Positions 63,927-64,000 of a stretch of 64,000 nt of DNA are shown in pieces. The position numbers were made by a program, and so were the translations under genes. Under the pieces are notes generated by a model, which had not been told where the DNA came from, did no database searches, and saw nothing but the letters and a program-made list of their open reading frames with translations. Within the stretch, counting starts at the first letter, position 1; the number at the start of each line of letters is the position of its first letter. The stretch comes from Azolla caroliniana (Eukaryota; Plantae; Polypodiophyta): the NCBI GenBank assembly GCA_043228905.1, contig JBHGNT010000010.1, positions 5,084,001 through 5,148,000 on the forward strand, in the 5' to 3' direction.

Positions 63927-64000
63927 ATCCTTGTGTCGGACCGCACAACTCGTTCGGAGCATGGATGGGAATTTCGAAAATGAGGCCCGGTTCCGTCGCT

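Larger units (their letters stand above)
58930..64000 (-). repeat. Tandem array of tRNA-Asp(GTC) genes, unit 383/391 bp, continues beyond the window
   Basis: tRNA copies begin at 59187, 59572, 59941, 60306, 60685, 61186, 61541, 61924, 62315, 62706, 63089, 63472 and 63855, with a half copy at ~58930-58963. The spacers are homologous. Confidence 0.97.

Noticed and set aside
58966-63983. Many repeated ORFs in the terminal array (e.g. ...CSIVVSIPACHAGDPGSIPGNG...)
   Set aside because: These are translations of the tRNA-Asp repeat unit. The GC-rich sequence has few stops, and the ORF boundaries vary between units.
58930-64000. Possible CRISPR array or 5S rDNA array
   Set aside because: The spacers are homologous rather than unique, the unit is ~385 bp, and no 5S sequence is recognisable. 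The conserved core is tRNA-Asp.

Overview
Gene-dense nuclear DNA from a land plant; a fern or other non-seed plant is an inference from the Tcn1-like chromovirus and the diverged proteins. Six intact-looking genes can be modelled: a LIFEGUARD/BI-1-like gene, a CUSTOS-like gene with a GC-AG intron, a DOMON-cytochrome b561 gene, a trihelix transcription factor, mitochondrial ATP synthase delta' and PUX1. There is also an IRE-type AGC kinase pseudogene lacking most of its catalytic core. Mobile DNA includes an old Copia element (2989-9336) inserted in a LINE 3' fragment and itself hit by two hAT MITEs, a third MITE copy, further LINE tails and a probable solo LTR. A young Copia (47635-58640) is split by a complete Ty3/gypsy chromovirus (50111-56045) showing a Tf1-type self-priming site and a predicted -1 frameshift pseudoknot. 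The last ~5 kb is the edge of a tandem array of tRNA-Asp(GTC) genes (383/391-bp unit, 13 copies visible) that runs off the window. The array decays towards its edge, shows dimeric higher-order structure, has a palindrome-rich GC spacer and has no immediate Pol III terminator. All coordinates and splice models were read by eye and have no transcript support.
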